Positions 32,451 to 43,476 are shown, counted from the stretch's first letter. The stretch is 64,000 nt of DNA from Nitrosopumilus sp. (GCA_965207445.1 CBDBLX010000002.1:2007849-2071848); one strand, 5' to 3'. The notes: generated from the letters alone by a model not told the origin. A program made the numbers and translations.

Positions 32451-33089
32451 ATGACGATCTCAAATACAAATAGAGAATTTATTGACAATCTAATTAATTA
32501 TTACATAAGTGAGTCTAGTTCATACAAACAGATTGCAGAACATTATGTACCTGAGATAGAATCAGTTGCAGATGCAGCATTTGGTATAATCACAGGGTGT
32601 ATTTACGCAAGTTTTCTTGAAACGTATAGAAATCAACAGATACAGCCCGGACTAGAAGACATGACAGAGTTTAACAATATGATAAAAAGTAGAGCGGCAG
32701 AAATTAAAAAAGCAATAATTGATCCCGCATCAGTAGGGACAAATTATACGGCACATGTAGATACTAAAAAGAATTCAAAAAAAGACCAGTACAATGAACA
32801 AACACATAATGCTACAAACCAACATACAGTAGATAAAAAATTAAACAAAACAACAGACAAAGGTACAGATGAGACAACGATAATGGGTAAGGAGGACGAT
32901 GTACCAAATGAGCAAAAGACCAGTAAAGATACAAATGTAAAAGATCATAATGTATCTACAAAGGTATCAAAAGTAAAAACAACACATGAGTCAGGATTTG
33001 AGCCAAATGAGCAAAAGACCAGTAAAGATACAAATGTAAAAGATCATAATGCATCTACAAAGGTATCAAAAGTAAAAAATATCTCATAA
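32451..33089 (+). CDS. Hypothetical protein with low-complexity duplicated tail
   Basis: Globular N-terminal region; about 76-bp direct repeat at 32904-32979 and 33003-33078. Confidence 0.7.
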   Translation: MTISNTNREFIDNLINYYISESSSYKQIAEHYVPEIESVADAAFGIITGCIYASFLETYRNQQIQPGLEDMTEFNNMIKSRAAEIKKAIIDPASVGTNYTAHVDTKKNSKKDQYNEQTHNATNQHTVDKKLNKTTDKGTDETTIMGKEDDVPNEQKTSKDTNVKDHNVSTKVSKVKTTHESGFEPNEQKTSKDTNVKDHNASTKVSKVKNIS

Positions 33090-33202
33090 CAGTCACCATC
33101 ATTAGCACCACATCATTAACACCCATTAGCACTACCACTAACACGCCTGAAAAATTACCACCACAAGCAACAGTTTAATTTTCAAACATACACAACACAC
33201 AC

Positions 33203-33298
33203 ATGGGTCTTGAAGGTGGTAAGATAATATTTGTATTTGGTGTAGCAGGGGCAGTAGCAACTGCAGTTATAGCACTATACTTTTCCCTAATTCGTTAA
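33203..33298 (+). CDS. Small 31-aa membrane protein
   Basis: MGLEGGKIIFVFGVAGAVATAVIALYFSLIR; below the ORF-track cutoff. Confidence 0.5.
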   Translation: MGLEGGKIIFVFGVAGAVATAVIALYFSLIR

Positions 33299-33329
33299 AG
33301 ATAAATCACTAGCAAATACGAGTCATCAT

Positions 33330-33653
33330 ATGACAACAAAAGATGAATTTAGAATTGCGCAGATTGTAGATAATGGTAAGACAATCCAGCTCACTCTAGT
33401 AGAGGATGTCTCAACTGAGCCAATCACGCAAAAACAAATGATAATGGAAAATGTCTCAAAGACTCTAGATAACGATACCAAAGAACACGTCATGCCAATA
33501 CTGACTGCAATATTGCAGGCGCAACCCACAGTAAAGATAAAGTCATATCAACAGACTCAAATCGTAATGACTATGCCAGTATCAAGATTCGAATCCATGG
33601 GAAGGCCAAGTGTAGGCCAAGTGATTGAACTAGACTTTAAAAAACAAACTTGA
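33330..33653 (+). CDS. Hypothetical protein, possibly arcadin-1-like
   Basis: C-terminus [22 protein letters not shown]. Confidence 0.55.
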   Translation: MTTKDEFRIAQIVDNGKTIQLTLVEDVSTEPITQKQMIMENVSKTLDNDTKEHVMPILTAILQAQPTVKIKSYQQTQIVMTMPVSRFESMGRPSVGQVIELDFKKQT

Positions 33654-35750
33654 TTGAAGTTTATTACAAATCTCATCAATATTAGACATGGGTAATGAGC
33701 ACACAGAGTCTTTACACACATACACACTAGTTTTTTTCTGATCAAAGATTTTTCCTTTGAAAAACAGATATGTGTTAGATAACATCTCAAGTGATGCAGC
33801 ATCATCAATTGAAACTACAAACGAGTCAGGCATGTACATCTGATATATAGTATTACGTATATCAGGACTAGGATTGAGTACAGTAACCTCACGTGGTCCA
33901 GTAAACATCATCAACATTACATTGAGCATGTATCCAAATGCAAATGGATTCTCTGCACTAGCACGAAAAACAGAGTGAATAGACGCACTACACACATCAA
34001 GATATGTGTTATTTCCTGTAAGATGATACAGTCGAAGCATAATATATGTTGCAACAGAATTTCCCGATGGTACAGAGAGGTCATAGATATTTTGAGGTCG
34101 CGTAATTAATTGTTCATGGGAATTTCCAGTCATGTAAAAGCAGTTTTTTGTAGCATCCCAAAATTCATCGCATAGTATATGACCAAACTTCATAGCAGAT
34201 TGTAGATATTGAACATTAGATTCAACCTCAAATAGATCTAAAAGTGCACATGTAAAATACGCATAATCTTCAAGATACGCATCTATTTTGGCATGTCCGT
34301 CTTTGTATGTACGCAAAAGTTTACCATCTATAATCATTTTAGACTCAATAAATGACACACATTTTTTAGCAGCATTCAGATATGCAATATTCCCAGAAAC
34401 GCGATAACCCTTTACAAGTGCAGAGACAAACAGAGCATTCCATGACACCAATATTTTGGTATCAAGTCCAGGTGTCAATCTTTTGTTGCGCTCATTTAAT
34501 AACTTTGTACAAGATACATGGAGTGAACTCTTTGCATCTTCTTCTGATACTCCAAGCTTAAATGCGACAGTAGATAAGGCCAAATTATTACACAAGATTG
34601 TCTCGCCTTCCCAATTGCCACCATCCGTAACATCATAATATAGACAAAAAAGATCGGCATCAGCATTATTGCCTAAAATACTCAAGATCTCTTGTTTTTT
34701 CCACGTATAATATTTTCCTTCAACACCTTCAGAGTCAGCATCATATGCAGAATAAAAACCACCATCAGGGGACGTCATGTCACGCAAAACAAAGTCAAGA
34801 GTTTTTTGCATAACATCCAAAAAGAACATATTCTTTGTTATTTGATATGCTTCTGCATAATTGATTGGGATCAAAGCATTATCATATAACATTTTCTCAA
34901 AATGTGGCACAAGCCACCTAGCATCAGTAGAGTATCTATGAAATCCGCCACCGATTTGATCAAATATACCACCCCTAGCCATCTTCTCAAGTGTCTTTAA
35001 TGCAAATGCCTCAAACGTTGCATGTCCAGAGATTTTTGCGTAATATAACAAAAATGACACACATGCAGTATTGGGAAATTTCGGAGCAGAACCAAATCCA
35101 CCGTATGTAGAGTCCCCATTGTCATACAAATTCATAGCCGCCTCATCAAATGTAATCTTGTCAAACCCTAACTCTTTACGAGGTTGTTGTGAAGAGAGTA
35201 ACGTTTGTGATTCAATATCAGTAGTTTTAGGTGTGTCGTGGATACGCTCTGCCTTTTTCATTGTGTTAACAAAATCATCGGCTCGAGACTTTACATCATC
35301 TTGTTTTTCACGCCATGCTTGAGCAAGTTGCCTACAAAGACTACCAAATCCAGGTCGGCCATATGAATCCAGAGGAGGATAATATGTGCCAACATGAAAT
35401 GGCTTTTGGTCAGGTGTCAAAAATACGCTTAATGGCCATCCTCCTTGACCAGTAGCCATTTGACACGCTTTTTGATATATGTCATCTATGTCAGGCCTCT
35501 CTTCTCTATCTACCTTTATGTTGATAAAATTCTCATTCATAAACTCAGCAATATCATCATTCTCAAATGACTCATGTGCCATAACATGACACCAATGACA
35601 AGAACTATACCCGACACTCAGAAAGATAGGTTTGCACTCAGCGATAGCTCTTTGAAGGGCTTCACTGCCCCATGCATACCAATCAACAGGATTGTCGGCG
35701 TGCTGTAAGAGATACGGACTAGTTTCTTGAGCAAGTCTGTTTTTAGCCAC
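33630..35750 (-). CDS. Thioredoxin-domain protein, YyaL/SSP411 (DUF255) family
   Basis: [39 protein letters not shown] start at 35750 because the longer ORF reads through a MITE. Confidence 0.93.
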   Translation of the reverse strand: MAKNRLAQETSPYLLQHADNPVDWYAWGSEALQRAIAECKPIFLSVGYSSCHWCHVMAHESFENDDIAEFMNENFINIKVDREERPDIDDIYQKACQMATGQGGWPLSVFLTPDQKPFHVGTYYPPLDSYGRPGFGSLCRQLAQAWREKQDDVKSRADDFVNTMKKAERIHDTPKTTDIESQTLLSSQQPRKELGFDKITFDEAAMNLYDNGDSTYGGFGSAPKFPNTACVSFLLYYAKISGHATFEAFALKTLEKMARGGIFDQIGGGFHRYSTDARWLVPHFEKMLYDNALIPINYAEAYQITKNMFFLDVMQKTLDFVLRDMTSPDGGFYSAYDADSEGVEGKYYTWKKQEILSILGNNADADLFCLYYDVTDGGNWEGETILCNNLALSTVAFKLGVSEEDAKSSLHVSCTKLLNERNKRLTPGLDTKILVSWNALFVSALVKGYRVSGNIAYLNAAKKCVSFIESKMIIDGKLLRTYKDGHAKIDAYLEDYAYFTCALLDLFEVESNVQYLQSAMKFGHILCDEFWDATKNCFYMTGNSHEQLITRPQNIYDLSVPSGNSVATYIMLRLYHLTGNNTYLDVCSASIHSVFRASAENPFAFGYMLNVMLMMFTGPREVTVLNPSPDIRNTIYQMYMPDSFVVSIDDAASLEMLSNTYLFFKGKIFDQKKTSVYVCKDSVCSLPMSNIDEICNKLQSSLFFKV

Positions 35751-35798
35751 AATAAAAGACGAAAAGACGCCTATTTGTATGAATCCGAGGTCAGATAC

Positions 35799-35879
35799 GT
35801 AACCGTTCAACCCCTTCCCAAATTTAGGCACAAATTCACCACCTAACGTCTGGCGCAGGTACGGGGGTTGAACGGTTAC
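35799..35879. mobile_element. MITE family B, copy 4 (inverted orientation)
   Basis: Perfect 16-bp TIR GTAACCGTTCAACCCC/GGGGTTGAACGGTTAC. Confidence 0.88.
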
Positions 35880-35926
35880 AGTAAAAATACTGTAAACTTT
35901 AAAATACACAAGTCTGTATAATACAC

Positions 35927-35987
35927 GTACGGTTCCCGCTAGTGGAAGTTGCTGGCTACGGGTTCATACCGAGGCTCAGGGACCGAC
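35927..35987 (+). ncRNA. Candidate structured RNA abutting a DUF3800-like gene end
   Basis: Closing stem CGGTTCC/GGGACCG around two hairpins; G-U pairs favour the + strand; TATAATA just upstream. Confidence 0.4.
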
Positions 35988-35988
35988 A

Positions 35989-36171
35989 TCATCTATAAAC
36001 GCAACCCGACTCAAAGTAACTGCCGTCAATGTTGTGATACTTTTCCCTGATGGACTCCCACCTGCGCTTCTTGACATGGTCGGTCTTGTACATGATCTGA
36101 ACCGCGTATGCAAAAAAGTCAGCCAGTTGGAGGACTGGTTCTTGCAGCGGGTCTCCATTACGTATCCTTTG
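35989..36171 (-). pseudogene. C-terminal fragment of a DUF3800-like protein
   Basis: Frame missing from the ORF track: RNGDPLQEPVLQLADFFAYAVQIMYK...GCVYR*; QLADxxAYA resembles the DUF3800 motif. Confidence 0.55.
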
Positions 36172-37129
36172 TTATCGTAACTACATCGATTTCGGCATCA
36201 CAATTCTTATTCGTACACGTAGTGGTGGTCAAATCACACACGTCTGTTACTGGCATCTCCTCAAGCGTGTATGCCTCCTTTGGATTTTGTTTACGACGTC
36301 TTGTGTTCTTTTTGGATTGGTTGCTCTTTGTACTGAATGCTCTTTCAATATGTTGTGGTTTGATCTGTGTGCACTCTTACCGTTCTCTCCATCACTCTTG
36401 CTTTTCTTGCTCTTGCCTGCGTCTATCCATTCCTCATCCTGGTAGTTTTCTGCATTCTTTTTGCGGTATTTGGCAATCTTTGACTGGGCATCACTATCCA
36501 TGGACGGAGGTGTTTGAATTACTTGTGAGCTTGCCTCGCTTTTTTTCATCATCAAGTTCCTTTTCGGCCTTTTCTGCCCGCTTCTCATCGCGAGTGTGAA
36601 TAGACTCTTCTAGTTTAGTCTCATCAAACTCTATGTTGTTTTCAGACAGTAGACTTGTCAAAGCCTTTGTCAGTCTGATCTGTCTATCCAATAGTTCGTG
36701 CATCTCATCTCTCTGCTGGATGGCCGATTCTGCCCTAACTTTTTGACTAAATACGTCCATCTTCAGACTCTCCATTGTGCCTATCAGGCACTCTACCACA
36801 CCCACAAGACCATCTATCCGCGTGGCCATTTCGTGTAATTCCCTGCGCAACACTACCGTCTCAGATACTGCAACAGCCATCTCAAGACACTCCCGTACCC
36901 ATATTGGTTAAATTCAATCCACGTGATGAATTATCATTGATATTTGCACTCATTATTTTTCACGGTAATAATGAGTGTCGATATCTGCTTATAACCTCAG
37001 TATTGACCTTGCGATCTGATCTAGAGTACAAGTACACGTAGTGTGTGGGTAGATAATCAAGTCAAAGCCGCATCTGTGCTACTCTGGGCTTGGTGGTGGA
37101 GGGGGGTGATTGAGAGGTTGAACGGTTAC
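36160..37129 (-). mobile_element. Truncated, frameshifted IS66-like element (one end plus transposase N-terminus)
   Basis: End GTAACCGTTCAACC at 37129; coiled-coil ORF from 36880 leading to NSNT/PPS, a Lys-rich stretch and a Cys cluster across frameshifts; no DDE domain. Confidence 0.55.
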
Positions 37130-37201
37130 GTCGGATACATTTGGTGTAAGTGTTGTTTTTTCTCACTATGAGTGCAGGTATTATGATTATTGTGCCATTA
37201 A

Positions 37202-37249
37202 GAGTGAGTGAGTGAGTGAGTGAGTGAGTGAGTGAGTGAGTGAGTGAGT
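37202..37249. repeat. (GAGT)12 microsatellite
   Basis: Direct reading. Confidence 0.95.
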
Positions 37250-37325
37250 GTTTTACAATCATCAAACCATACAAATCAGATATTTCAAGTGAAACATTCA
37301 AAATGTACAACATACGAGATATAGC

Positions 37326-37667
37326 ATGCCAGCAGATGGATATGTTAATGTGACAAAACAGTGCATATGTGCAGCCATTCCTATTTTAGACATGTATTCT
37401 GCATACCACATTAAGAAACTGAGAAGATATCTACTGTATGTGATTCTGCTAATTGCCATACCACAAAGTGTAATAGAATTTGTTGTGTTTGGAGGTCCTG
37501 GGGATATACAATATGCATATACTGCATTTTTGAATCCAGAGTCAGTCATGTTTTTTCAGAGTTTGTATATTGTGTTGTGGACTATAGGTGGGATTGTATT
37601 TTCTGTTATGATTATAAGATACTGGTCAATTGAGTGGAATTACAAGAGAGATATTTTAAATCTATAA
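37326..37667 (+). CDS. Hypothetical membrane protein
   Basis: Two or three hydrophobic segments. Confidence 0.6.
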   Translation: MPADGYVNVTKQCICAAIPILDMYSAYHIKKLRRYLLYVILLIAIPQSVIEFVVFGGPGDIQYAYTAFLNPESVMFFQSLYIVLWTIGGIVFSVMIIRYWSIEWNYKRDILNL

Positions 37668-37985
37668 TGTTGTTATAAAATATAATTATGTAAAAATTGC
37701 ACTTTAAAGAGCACACTAGCGTCGCGCCCAATAGACAGTATGATCTCCATACATATACTATCCACTAGGAGGCATTGTTTCTTGCAAATCATACGCAGGT
37801 CTTAAGATATTACATATAAAACAAGTTTTCAATATCATTTTATGTTCTTCCTTGGGATATAATAAAAAATGAAGATTTAAAAATGTCGCGGTGTGATTAT
37901 ATTTGCTATCTTAACTTGTGTAATCGACTAAAAAATCCACTGCCAAACGACCGTATGGCATCAAAAAAAAAAGATAATCAGTTAT

Positions 37986-38270
37986 CTATCTGTCCCAGAT
38001 ACCTTTGCCTTCAGTCAATTCATATATTCGGACATTTATCTTTTTGAGTAAAGCTGCTTTGGATTTAGCAGTCTTTTTTGTCTGAGAGTAATCTTTGCGT
38101 TCTACCATACCCTGCAAAACTACAAGTTCATCAAGTGTCAGTTGGTTTATGCCATTTCTTGATTGGGCAACAATATTCAACAGTCTAACACGTTCTCTGT
38201 CTTCATTTGTAGTGTGCACAGTATTACAACTCTTAATTTCAGTGATGTATTGTACTATATATGATTTCAA
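37986..38270 (-). CDS. Hypothetical protein
   Basis: Plausible helical protein; true start probably downstream. Confidence 0.6.
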   Translation of the reverse strand: MKSYIVQYITEIKSCNTVHTTNEDRERVRLLNIVAQSRNGINQLTLDELVVLQGMVERKDYSQTKKTAKSKAALLKKINVRIYELTEGKGIWDR

Positions 38271-38399
38271 ACATAACGCTATTCAAAATTATAATTATTT
38301 GGATATGTGTGACGTGTTGCTATAGTGTGTCAAACGTGTATGTTGTAATTGTATTGCTTGTTTTCATTGCTCTCATTTTTTGGTTATAATGTTTTGATC

Positions 38400-38547
38400 G
38401 TGTGAATCAAGCTCTGTGGATGCAATAATAAAATTATATACCGTATTTGCTCATACTCCTATCGGCATATTGAATATCATGTATGCGCTATATTTGGCTA
38501 GGAGTTATTTTTGAATGATCATATTAATTATGGAGTTTGGTTCGCAC
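38400..38547. mobile_element. MITE family A, about 150-bp copy
   Basis: GTGTGAATCAAG...TTTGGTTCGCAC with perfect 8-bp flanking repeat TTTTGATC. Confidence 0.85.
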
Positions 38548-38709
38548 TTTTGATCTAATGTGATGATGTATAATTACAATAGTATGACATCAGTAACTGA
38601 AATTTAGATTTGGTCAACTAGACAACTAATCACTAAACAACTAATCAATTAAACTACAAACACAAACATAACGAAAAATATTAAAATTCAACATAAAGTA
38701 CAAAATCAC

Positions 38710-39747
38710 ATGAAAGATACTATGCGCGTCATGATGCTAAATGAATGTGCCCCAATAGAGACCAATCCACTTAAGCTCACCACAATAAAAAGACACAAGA
38801 TCAATAGACCCGATGAGATCTTGATCAAAATAGAAGCATGTGGAGTATGCCACTCTCAGCTTCATGGAATAGAAGGTGACTGGAAAGACATTGGAATACC
38901 GCCCACTCTGCCTACTGTTCCAGGACATGAAGTGGTAGGTACCATAGTAGAAGTAGGTAGTTCGGTTACAAAGTTCAAAGTAGGGCAAAGAGCAGGCGTA
39001 ACACCATTACTAGAGGCATGTGGTAAGTGTCAATACTGCACAATAGAGGAAAAAGAGTATCTCTGTGAATCATCCACAATAACAGGTGAGTCTATACGAG
39101 GCGGATATGCCGAATATATCACCGCTCCAGAAAACTTTGCAACACTAATACCAAATGACATGAAACCAGAATACGCAGCACCACTGTTTTGCGCAGGCAT
39201 TACAGCATACAAAGCAGTTAAAGCAGCAGAACCACAAAAGGGAAAAAAGATAGGCATATTTGGAATAGGTGGAGTAGGGCATATGGCAATTCAATTTGCC
39301 AAGGTCGAAGAGTGCAACGTAACAGCAATATCAAGGGCACAAAAACACCTTGATGTTGCAAAGAGACTAGGGGCAGATAATATAGTAGTGTTTACAGATA
39401 ATACAGAATTCATAGGTGATATAAAAGACAAAGTAGGATTACTTGATGCTGCAATAGTATTTGCACCTGCAGATGCTGTGATGGATATGGCAGTTGCATC
39501 GGTTAAAAAAGGAGGTATCATAGTGATCGCAACTATTGGAAAGAATCCAGAGTTTCTTGCATTTGAGGAAAAGACAATACGTGGAACACTGATCGGATCT
39601 ACAAAAGACATGGAGCAAGTAATCAAGATATGCAAAGAGAATAATCTAACGGTAGTTTCACAGACATATCCACTTGAAGATGCAAATCATGTATTACACA
39701 TGTTAAAAGACTCCAAGATAGATGCGCGTGCAGTACTAATTCCATGA
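38710..39747 (+). CDS. Zn-dependent alcohol dehydrogenase (MDR family)
   Basis: CGVCHS, GHEVVG, CGKCQYC...C, GIGGVG. Confidence 0.92.
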   Translation: MKDTMRVMMLNECAPIETNPLKLTTIKRHKINRPDEILIKIEACGVCHSQLHGIEGDWKDIGIPPTLPTVPGHEVVGTIVEVGSSVTKFKVGQRAGVTPLLEACGKCQYCTIEEKEYLCESSTITGESIRGGYAEYITAPENFATLIPNDMKPEYAAPLFCAGITAYKAVKAAEPQKGKKIGIFGIGGVGHMAIQFAKVEECNVTAISRAQKHLDVAKRLGADNIVVFTDNTEFIGDIKDKVGLLDAAIVFAPADAVMDMAVASVKKGGIIVIATIGKNPEFLAFEEKTIRGTLIGSTKDMEQVIKICKENNLTVVSQTYPLEDANHVLHMLKDSKIDARAVLIP

Positions 39748-39818
39748 ATAATCAAAAAAATATTACACAAATATGATTATAGATACAAGTTATAACCCAT
39801 ACTAAAAACAATACAATA

Positions 39819-39989
39819 ATGATTTGTAGTAGATGTCACCACACACACGAAGCACACACATACAAGAATCAAGATGCACAAAATAATAAAAATAGTTCAC
39901 TTATGAGAACAGGTGAGTGTATTGTACCAGAGTGTAATTGTAAGCAATACATAGATCCCATAATCGAGATAGATGAAGAATTATTGTAA
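39819..39989 (+). CDS. Small 56-aa Cys/His-rich (zinc-binding-like) protein
   Basis: MICSRCHHTHEAH...GECIVPECNCKQYIDPIIEIDEELL; below the ORF-track cutoff. Confidence 0.7.
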   Translation: MICSRCHHTHEAHTYKNQDAQNNKNSSLMRTGECIVPECNCKQYIDPIIEIDEELL

Positions 39990-40020
39990 ATTCATATAAC
40001 AGGTACAATTATAAAATTTG

Positions 40021-40275
40021 ATGAAAACACACAAGGATCATAAATCTTCTGAGCAAACTCTGAAAGAGTTAGACAATGTGCTATCGCGGTTAAATGCAAT
40101 GGAGGTTGTGGCTGATAGTGACTTTCAAAAAGACACCATAAAGATAATGAGAATGCTAGTAGATGGCCAGATGCATTCAATTAAAGAATTTGATCATCTA
40201 AAAAAAGCAATGGATGTGATGTTGCAACAAATATTCAAGATTCAGAACCAAAGCAACATGGCACAGTCACAATAG
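40021..40275 (+). CDS. Hypothetical protein
   Basis: Helical ORF co-oriented with neighbours. Confidence 0.7.
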   Translation: MKTHKDHKSSEQTLKELDNVLSRLNAMEVVADSDFQKDTIKIMRMLVDGQMHSIKEFDHLKKAMDVMLQQIFKIQNQSNMAQSQ

Positions 40276-41064
40276 ACGAGTCTCACTCATACCACAATCA
40301 GTGCATCGGTACAGTACAGAATTTTCTCCAACCTTGTTTGCCAAGTTCATATAAGAGCCACAACATGGGCACGCGATGACATTTGGTGCAGAGGATGCGA
40401 GATCGTCTTTTGTAACGGTTTTTGATGCTGTAGATGAGGTAGTTTTGTTATTGTTGTCTGCATTATGATGAACATCATCATCATTATCATTATCATTATT
40501 ATCATTATTATTATCATGATCATTATTATTACTACTATCATCATTCTCAAAGTGATCATGATTATTATTTTTATCAGAAACATCATCAATAGAGTCATCA
40601 GTATCAGATAAAGAGTCAATCTTATCAGTTGTAGAATCAGTATACTCATCATCAGAATCTAGTATCTTTCGAACACGATAACTTGGTTTTTTCTCAAGTG
40701 CGTCAATTGCAGGATTACATAATGGTCGATAAGTTGAAAGTATACGTCTTTGAATTAGTTGCCTCTGCTTGGGATTATCTTTGAGTGGTAGAACTGCAAG
40801 GTGTAAAGCAGAGTCAGTACCGGCTTTTTCCACCCAGCACTTGAATTGTTTGTGTTGAATGAAAAAGGCCTTGTCATTAGTATAAGAACAATCACCCACA
40901 TACAAGATATTGAATCTGTCCTTGTCTCTAGACATTACAAGATAGACAAGATCACCCATAGGAGGACCCCATTCAGATAGTGGGATTGGTCCTAGAAACT
41001 CATATTGTAATATTTGTATACTCACAATTGATATCATCATGTATTGTTTTTCACTGTTTCGCAT
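40267..41064 (-). CDS. Hypothetical protein with D/N-rich linker and C-terminal zinc ribbon
   Basis: ILQYEFLGPIPL...LYVG; CPCC...CTDC. Confidence 0.7.
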   Translation of the reverse strand: MRNSEKQYMMISIVSIQILQYEFLGPIPLSEWGPPMGDLVYLVMSRDKDRFNILYVGDCSYTNDKAFFIQHKQFKCWVEKAGTDSALHLAVLPLKDNPKQRQLIQRRILSTYRPLCNPAIDALEKKPSYRVRKILDSDDEYTDSTTDKIDSLSDTDDSIDDVSDKNNNHDHFENDDSSNNNDHDNNNDNNDNDNDDDVHHNADNNNKTTSSTASKTVTKDDLASSAPNVIACPCCGSYMNLANKVGENSVLYRCTDCGMSETRLL

Positions 41065-41213
41065 TATCCATCAAATACTAACAAACTAGTCATCGATGAA
41101 TGATGTCATCAGTTGTACATCAAAATAAAATTCATCATTAAAATCACGTAATGCCCCAACAAAAATCATACACTTGAAAGGATTAAATTTATGAATTGTA
41201 GATTCATATCTAA

Positions 41214-41462
41214 ATGAGCGACCCACATAACCATGCAAAAGTAGGCCATGCAATGATCGTAGTATCAGCAAGCCTTGCAGCAATAGGTCTCTTGGCGCTT
41301 GCAATTGGTTCTGATGTATTATTTGCAGATAACATACAAAGAGATAACACAATGCACTTTAACGAATGCAAAGCAAGCGACTTTCAGCTAGACGGTTGTG
41401 AAAAATATCATGACAGAATCAATAATGCAATATCTGGAATTTATGTAGACTTGGACAAGTAA
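41214..41462 (+). CDS. Small membrane-anchored protein
   Basis: TM helix followed by a two-Cys segment. Confidence 0.65.
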   Translation: MSDPHNHAKVGHAMIVVSASLAAIGLLALAIGSDVLFADNIQRDNTMHFNECKASDFQLDGCEKYHDRINNAISGIYVDLDK

Positions 41463-41555
41463 TGACATAAATGAAAAGTTATTATTATCATATAAAGACA
41501 ACATTGAATTATTAATGTAAGCGTACATGATTTCAATTTATCAATTACACCAATG

Positions 41556-41612
41556 ATCATACGTCAATCATACGTCAATCATACGTCAATCATACGTCAA
41601 TCATACGTCAAT
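41556..41612. repeat. 11-bp tandem repeat ATCATACGTCA x5
   Basis: Direct reading. Confidence 0.92.
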
Positions 41613-41723
41613 AATTAGACGCGAACTTACCATACACTGCCTCAACCACATGAATTAAATAATTTCTCTAAGAAATAGCACACAAGGGTTTACTTTAATT
41701 TCTCTCAAGATATACAAAGTTCA

Positions 41724-41966
41724 ATGACACCTATTTCACATATCAAAAAGCTCACAATACTTGCAGGTGGTATAATGATTGTATTTGGTTTTGTATTTTT
41801 ACTACAAAGTCAAGGCACACTAGGACCAGAATCATCATTTATGTACGCAAATCCTCAATGGGACACAAACGGTAAGGTGATAATAATTATGGGTGTGTGT
41901 TTATGTATCGTTGGCATAATAGTTCAAATTGTTACAAAAACACATAGAAAAGATACTTTGCGTTGA
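41724..41966 (+). CDS. Small two-TM membrane protein
   Basis: QSQGTLGPESSFMY between two TM helices. Confidence 0.7.
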   Translation: MTPISHIKKLTILAGGIMIVFGFVFLLQSQGTLGPESSFMYANPQWDTNGKVIIIMGVCLCIVGIIVQIVTKTHRKDTLR

Positions 41967-42158
41967 CGCAATGTTAAAAATCATCTAAAAAACCATGTAT
42001 AGAAATTATTGGGATTATATACAAAGGCAGACTAAGCATTCTATAGTGAGTGGATCTGCAGTGCCAACCCACAAAGATCATACTGTTGCCTATGATGGAG
42101 TGTATTCGAACATGAACATTAAGGACTGTTTTATTTTAAATAAATTAAGACCCTGTGC

Positions 42159-42239
42159 GTAACCGTTCAACCCACGTGCCTGCACCAGATGTTAGGCGGC
42201 GAGTCTGTGCCTAAATTTGGGAAGAGGTTGAACAGTTAC
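42159..42239. mobile_element. MITE family B, copy 5
   Basis: GTAACCGTTCAACCC...GGTTGAACAGTTAC. Confidence 0.85.
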
Positions 42240-42631
42240 AATGGCAAGGTACGAAAATTACGGCGGACTTGTAGGTGGAAAATTATTCACAATGGATGTG
42301 TTTGTAGATTCAATTGCCGGAGCGATCAGAAAAATGCTTCGGTGGGAATTAGAGCACGGTGGTTCCCTGCCATTGTAAATTTGTCGCACTGCATAATTAG
42401 AAATAAGATCATTAAAAATTGAGCACATTGCGAACTACTATCTTGCATATCTGCAATCCCAAAACACGCGAATCTGACGGCCCTGCTTGGAGATTTGGAT
42501 CATCACTATGGAGTATGTTCTAATGCTTGCGATGTTCCAAGCACGTTACTATAGAAAACCGACACATTGCGGTGATAGGAGATGTCGCAACGACAGTAGA
42601 TCTTTAACAGAGCTACTAATTTTGTTATACA

Positions 42632-42741
42632 TACTGATATGATTAAAGATCCGATATTTTGATTGATATTCATCTCGAAGTTGAGCACATATTATGAATA
42701 CAAAATATTAGAAAACTAACGGATCTTTAATGAAACTATTA
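42632..42741. mobile_element. MITE family C (IS630-derived, 110 bp), copy 1
   Basis: ATTAAAGATCCGATA ends shared with the IS630 at 53663; two differences from copy 2. Confidence 0.85.
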
Positions 42742-42916
42742 TAGACTAGTTCGAATCTCGGTCTTTATTTGTCGAGTTCTTTAGAGTGTAATATCGTATT
42801 GTACCACTGAGTGATGGCAACGAATTCTTCTTGGACTTGTCTTCAGACGCCATTGGTATTCTTAAGGTAGATTTATTTAAAAGATTATCGAGTACTTTAT
42901 GTGCATATCGATAACC

Positions 42917-43476
42917 GGTTCCCTTGCAAACGCGATTGTGACAATTAATACAGATTTGAACCGTTGCGGTCAATCCGGACACGTAACTAGTATTTTGTCG
43001 CCACGTATGATAAACTTCAAACCCTCCGGATTACCAAGTTTGGCAAGGACTGGTTTTGGAATGTACGAGTAACTGGTACCCCTTTTCACATTGTGGGTTA
43101 TGGATACTTGGAATTCAGTGGCATTGGCAGGCCATTTAGTCATGTTTGTTGTTGTCAATCCAACGTTATAACGTCACTGACACCAGATTGCACAGATTCG
43201 GCACATTACACATCACATATACAAACACGCTATACATTTGTTTGTGTTTTGATGTCAAATCAAACTATCATTTTTGGCATACAACTCAATTTCTTCAAGG
43301 TGAACCACCACACCCATGTTTGTCTTTTTGATACCAACTCTAACTATATCCCTATTCCAAACTATCGTCACAGTCACGCAATAAAGTACTAAAAATTTAC
43401 ACTTTTTCAGCATCAAATACCAAATTCAGATAAAAAGTTCATATAAAAACCGATCAACCGCGTTTGCAAGAGAACC
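42917..43476. mobile_element. Non-autonomous cassette with IS6-like ends, copy 1
   Basis: 22-bp TIR GGTTCCCTTGCAAACGCGATTG / CAACCGCGTTTGCAAGAGAACC; near-duplicate at 57642-58193. Confidence 0.75.
42970..43158 (-). CDS. AbrB/MazE-like small DNA-binding protein (cassette passenger)
   Basis: YSYIPKPVLAKLGNPEGLKFII pattern. Confidence 0.6.
   Translation of the reverse strand: MTTTNMTKWPANATEFQVSITHNVKRGTSYSYIPKPVLAKLGNPEGLKFIIRGDKILVTCPD

Noticed and set aside
35751..35909. N-terminal extension of the YyaL ORF
   Set aside because: Read-through of MITE B; family similarity starts at the GTG at 35750.
35976..36158. Listed 60-aa ORF METRCKNQ
   Set aside because: An alternative frame carries the more convincing QLADFFAYA motif.
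37062..37313. ORF with HSLT repeats
   Set aside because: Translation of the (GAGT)12 microsatellite.
42240..42916. Short ORFs between MITEs
   Set aside because: No recognisable motif in any frame examined; probably decayed DNA.
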